Assembly (NCBI GenBank): GCA_965368975.1
Contig: CBDUPA010000012.1
Span: forward strand, 160,001-224,000
Source of the DNA: an uncultured bacterium
Lineage (GTDB): Bacteria; Acidobacteriota; Thermoanaerobaculia; Multivoradales; JAHZIX01
Length of the DNA: 64,000 bases
Direction of reading: 5' to 3'
Below are positions 60,578 to 64,000 of this stretch, piece by piece. Within the stretch, counting starts at the first letter, position 1. Every line of letters begins with the position of its first letter. The notes beneath the pieces are model-generated. The model was not told where the DNA came from and did no database searches. It worked only from the letters and a program-made list of their open reading frames with translations. The translations under genes were made by a program, and so were the position numbers.

Positions 60578-63097
60578 ATGGCGCGCGTTTTCCTCAGCTA
60601 CAGCCGTGATTCCGACCTGCACGAAGAGCGCGTGGTGGAACTGGTCGAGCGCCTGCGGGACGAGGGCGTCGAGGTGGACTTTGATCGCGACACCAGGCCG
60701 ACATCCGCGACCGGCCTGTCCGAGGATGTGCGCTCGGAAGATTGGCTGTCCTGGCTGCGCCAGCGTATCGAGGCGGCGGACATCGTTTTGGTGGTCTGTA
60801 CGCCGCTCTACCGCCGCCTGTTCGAGGACGACGACGCGTTGGCCGAAGAAGGCTTCGTGCACGATGGTGTCGGTGTCCAGGGCGTGGTCCTGACGAGCGC
60901 CCACTTCCGCATTCAAGGCCCGCGTTTCCTGCCGGTCGTCTTCTCCTACGAGGACGCACCCGGCATTCCGAGCGTACTGCAGAACAGCGCCTACTACGTG
61001 CTGTGGGAAGGCTTCCCCGCCCTCTCCCGCGCACTGACGGCGGATGCGCCCTCGGCCCCGTCCGAGACCGCGCCGCGGGTTGGCGTCGTGCGCCCCCGCA
61101 CTGCACGCAAGGAAGCTACACGCAGCGGGGGCGCGCGCGGGAACACCTCCGCGTCCGCCAACGTCGTCCCCCTGCGCCCGTCGATCGAACCGTCGCCACC
61201 GAAGGCACGCTCCGGCGGCGGTGCGGACAAGCCCTGGCGTCCCCGCCGGGTCAGCAAGCAGACCGGTCAGCTAGCCGGGCAGCTGGAGCCGGGCATCGTG
61301 CTGGCGGGACGTTACGAGTTGGTGCAATTGGTTGGCCGCGGTGGCTTCGGCACCGTCTGGCAGGCGCGCGACCTGCGCCTCGAGCGCGACGTCGCGGTGA
61401 AGGTCTTCCAAGGTTCGCATGCCGACGACCACATCCGTGTCGAACGCTTCCACCGCGGCGCCCGTCGCATGGCCTCCTTGCAACACGAGGGTGTGGTGCG
61501 CGTGCTGGCCGAGGAAGGGGAAGACAGCGGCTTCCACTTCTTCGTCATGGAGTATCTGCGGCGCGGCAACCTGCGACAAGTCGTGCTCGAAGGCGAGCTG
61601 TCCGGCGATGCCGCCCTCGACCTGATCGCCCAGGTCGGTGAAGCGCTCGCCTACGCTCACGAACGCGGCGTCGTGCACCGCGACGTCAAGCCGTCGAACA
61701 TCCTGCTGGACGACGACGGCCGGCCGCAGCTCACCGACTTCGACCTCGTGCGCGCGCTCGACACCACCGGCGGCACGCGCACCGGCGCTCTGGGCACCTT
61801 CGTCTACGCGGCGCCCGAGCAACTCTCCAACGCCAAGAACGTCGGGCCGCAAGCGGACATCTACGCCCTCGGTATGACCGCCGTCTTCGCCCTGCACGGC
61901 GCCGACCTGCCCGCCACCGTGATCCGTCAGCTCGACCCGGTGCTCGACGAGCTGGACTGCACGCCTTCGGTACGCGCGGTGCTGGAGAAGGCGCTAGCCT
62001 GGGAGCGCGGCGAGCGCTGGGAGACGGTCCGAGAGTTTCTGCAAGCCTTGAAGGCGGCACGCGAGCCGACCACCGGATCGACCTCCAGCGCCCCGCGTCG
62101 CCCTGCCTTGTGGTCACTGCTTACCGTATCCCTGGTCGCTGCAGCGTTGCTCGCCCTTGTGCTCTTCATCGTGGCCTGGAACCGAGGCTGGTTCGACGCG
62201 CGCCCCGCCCCATCGACCACCGCCGCGAACCTCGATATGCACTTCGTCGAAATCCCGGCCGGCACCTACAACGTCGGCAGCCCCGAGGCCGAGACCGGCC
62301 GCGGCGCCGCCGACTGGTTACCGCGCGACGTCACCCTACGCCGAGGCTTCGCCATCGCCGAGACCGAAGTCACGCAAGCGCAGTGGGCCGCCCTCATGCC
62401 CAACGCCCGCGTCGCACACTTCGACACCTGCGGTCCGTCGTGCCCGGTCGAGCAGGTGAGCTGGTTCGAGGCCGTCGCCTTCGCCAACCGCCTGTCCGCG
62501 TTCGAAGGCCGTCAGCTGTGCTACGACGGCTGCGTCGGCGATCCGCGCGGCGAGACCTACTTTTGCGACACCGTCCAGCGTCGCGCCAGCTGCGATGGGT
62601 ACCGCCTGCCGAGCGAACTCGAATGGGAGATCGCCGCCCGTGCCGGAACCCAGACCGCCACCTACGCCGGTGACCTGGTCCTGCGCGGCCGCCGCGACGT
62701 GCCCATCCTCGACGGTATCGCCTGGTACTCTGGCAACAGCGGTGTCGACTATGCGGGTGGCATGGACTGCTCCGAATGGGGCGAGATGCAAGCTCCCGCG
62801 TCGTCGTGCGGCACCCATCCCGTGGCAGGCAAGGCACCCAACGCGTGGGGCTTGTCCGACATGCTGGGCAACGTCCGCGAGTGGACCGGCGATTGGTACA
62901 CCCCCAGCGGCACAGATACGGATCCAGAAGGCTCCGTCAGCGGCTCCGAGCGCATCTTCCGCGGCGGCTCGTGGGCCAGCCTACCCGCCGAAACGCGCGC
63001 CAGCACCCGCGCCTGGAGCCCTCCCGGAACCCGGCTCGCGAACCTCGGTTTCCGTCTGGTCCGCAGCCTGGACCTGGCCGAGACTGCAGACCCCTGA
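60578..63097 (+). CDS. SEFIR/TIR-like + Ser/Thr kinase + TM + FGE-sulfatase (SUMF1/EgtB/PvdO) domain protein
   Basis: VFLSYSRDS..V.ELV.RL; GRGGFG, HRDVKPSN, APE; ETEVT, RLPSELEWE, NAWGLSDMLGNV.EW, RGGSW and GFR motifs. Confidence 0.9.
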   Translation: MARVFLSYSRDSDLHEERVVELVERLRDEGVEVDFDRDTRPTSATGLSEDVRSEDWLSWLRQRIEAADIVLVVCTPLYRRLFEDDDALAEEGFVHDGVGVQGVVLTSAHFRIQGPRFLPVVFSYEDAPGIPSVLQNSAYYVLWEGFPALSRALTADAPSAPSETAPRVGVVRPRTARKEATRSGGARGNTSASANVVPLRPSIEPSPPKARSGGGADKPWRPRRVSKQTGQLAGQLEPGIVLAGRYELVQLVGRGGFGTVWQARDLRLERDVAVKVFQGSHADDHIRVERFHRGARRMASLQHEGVVRVLAEEGEDSGFHFFVMEYLRRGNLRQVVLEGELSGDAALDLIAQVGEALAYAHERGVVHRDVKPSNILLDDDGRPQLTDFDLVRALDTTGGTRTGALGTFVYAAPEQLSNAKNVGPQADIYALGMTAVFALHGADLPATVIRQLDPVLDELDCTPSVRAVLEKALAWERGERWETVREFLQALKAAREPTTGSTSSAPRRPALWSLLTVSLVAAALLALVLFIVAWNRGWFDARPAPSTTAANLDMHFVEIPAGTYNVGSPEAETGRGAADWLPRDVTLRRGFAIAETEVTQAQWAALMPNARVAHFDTCGPSCPVEQVSWFEAVAFANRLSAFEGRQLCYDGCVGDPRGETYFCDTVQRRASCDGYRLPSELEWEIAARAGTQTATYAGDLVLRGRRDVPILDGIAWYSGNSGVDYAGGMDCSEWGEMQAPASSCGTHPVAGKAPNAWGLSDMLGNVREWTGDWYTPSGTDTDPEGSVSGSERIFRGGSWASLPAETRASTRAWSPPGTRLANLGFRLVRSLDLAETADP

Positions 63098-63117
63098 AAA
63101 GGACGACCTGTCCCCGG

Positions 63118-63285
63118 CTAGTCCAAGCCGGCCCCGATGCAGATCAGGCACATTGCAGTCGACATCACGGAGACAGACGTACAGTACCCACCGCCGATCT
63201 GCTCAATGTCCAGGTCATGCAGTGTCGTCAGCGTCTCGCGGCTGAGTCGGAGTTTCTGCAGTCGATATTCGTGTGATTTCTTCAT
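63118..63285 (-). CDS. RiPP (lanthipeptide-like) precursor, 55 aa, absent from the ORF track
   Basis: Hand translation MKKSHEYRLQKLRLSRETLTTLHDLDIEQIGGGYCTSVSVMSTAMCLICIGAGLD*; RBS GGAGGAG. Confidence 0.8.
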   Translation of the reverse strand: MKKSHEYRLQKLRLSRETLTTLHDLDIEQIGGGYCTSVSVMSTAMCLICIGAGLD

Positions 63286-63389
63286 GTTCTCCTCCAGTAC
63301 ATGGGATGTATTGCGCTAGCGAGACCGTTGTCGGCTAGCGGTGGCAAGTTTCTGCAGTGGACCGTAGATCAGATAGGAAAGTGCATGGC

Positions 63390-63419
63390 AGCCTATTCTC
63401 TATATTGACAAAGGTCAAT
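63390..63419 (-). promoter_or_regulatory. Candidate sigma70 promoter with an overlapping TTGAC-N4-GTCAA palindrome
   Basis: TTGACC-N17-TAGGCT on the minus strand; ATTGAC-AAAG-GTCAAT at 63404-63419. Confidence 0.55.
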
Positions 63420-63540
63420 GAGTTTTCAGCGATCTCTGAGGAACTGGAGGCCGCCCAACGACCTTTCGGTCTCGGGCGGTTTCGAGAGTTCGGACTACCC
63501 CGGGTCGGTGGCCGGGGCAGCCCATTTCTGAGGTGTGGTT

Positions 63541-63741
63541 CTAGGAGCGGGCGGGCAAGCCTATGGCAATACCGTTCGGGCAGAGTTCGTGCGGGCACAG
63601 GCTTTTGTAGGTGTACTCGCAGGTCGGATCGTTTCGACTGTCCACGTCTCCCTCGACCTGTGCCAAGCCGCCGGCATCCAGGCTTGCGATCGTCTCCCGA
63701 CTCAAGTTGAACTTGCGGTGGGTGTGTTTCGCTTTCTTCAT
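63541..63741 (-). CDS. RiPP-like precursor peptide, 66 aa
   Basis: RBS AGGAGG; leader KFNLSRETIASL; core with 3 Cys and several Ser/Thr. Confidence 0.7.
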   Translation of the reverse strand: MKKAKHTHRKFNLSRETIASLDAGGLAQVEGDVDSRNDPTCEYTYKSLCPHELCPNGIAIGLPARS

Positions 63742-63886
63742 GCTTTCCTCCTGTCAGGGGTGGGTATCAGACGATTTCATGCTGAAATCCTTATTACTCT
63801 CCGTCTGCTGAATTGGGGTCGACAACCCGGCTCACAACAAGCGCGGCAGCCCCAGACCCACCGGCCACCAGGCTGTGTTCTCCCGC

Positions 63887-64000
63887 TCAGCCACCACCCA
63901 GCACCTGCATCTCCGGACCCCGCAGCCCCACCAGCACCGGCTCGCCGTCTTCGGACACGCGCAGCTCGGCGTACTTGGCGTTGGAGAAGAAGCCCGCTCG
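63887..64000 (-). CDS. 3' end of a gene entering from outside the window, possibly GDYXXLXY family
   Basis: RAGFFSNAKYAELRVSEDGEPVLVGLRGPEMQVLGGG*; family recalled from the C-terminal motif only. Confidence 0.5.
   Translation of the reverse strand, partial: RAGFFSNAKYAELRVSEDGEPVLVGLRGPEMQVLGGG

Overview
High-GC bacterial window. Gene content (TPR kinases, CHAT, PQQ-type propellers, sulfatase-like proteins, KLxLxRETL peptides) suggests Acidobacteriota, Thermoanaerobaculia-like; this is an inference. Left part: partial CHAT gene, a five-gene minus-strand redox/MntP operon, a TPR Ser/Thr kinase, an orphan RiPP-like precursor, a sulfatase-like lipoprotein, an aldehyde dehydrogenase and lepA. 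Middle: an accessory region with an S8 peptidase and a frameshifted IPTL-CTERM-like gene. That gene's 53-bp 3' end is repeated 10 kb away, and the two copies bracket a type I R-M system plus an operon of a secreted propeller, two 10-Cys secreted peptides and a carboxypeptidase-regulatory-like protein. Right part: one 26.5-kb NRPS-PKS gene (6 NRPS + 2 PKS modules, no TE), a SEFIR-kinase-FGE gene and two more RiPP-like precursors, one missing from the ORF track. The most striking signal is five GTAG-type REP/REPIN palindromic elements, from two families, inserted in frame inside adenylation domains of the megasynthase, at the a2-a3 and a8-a9 loops. No rRNA, tRNA, CRISPR array, integrase or transposase was recognised. 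All assignments are by eye from motifs; no database searches were run.
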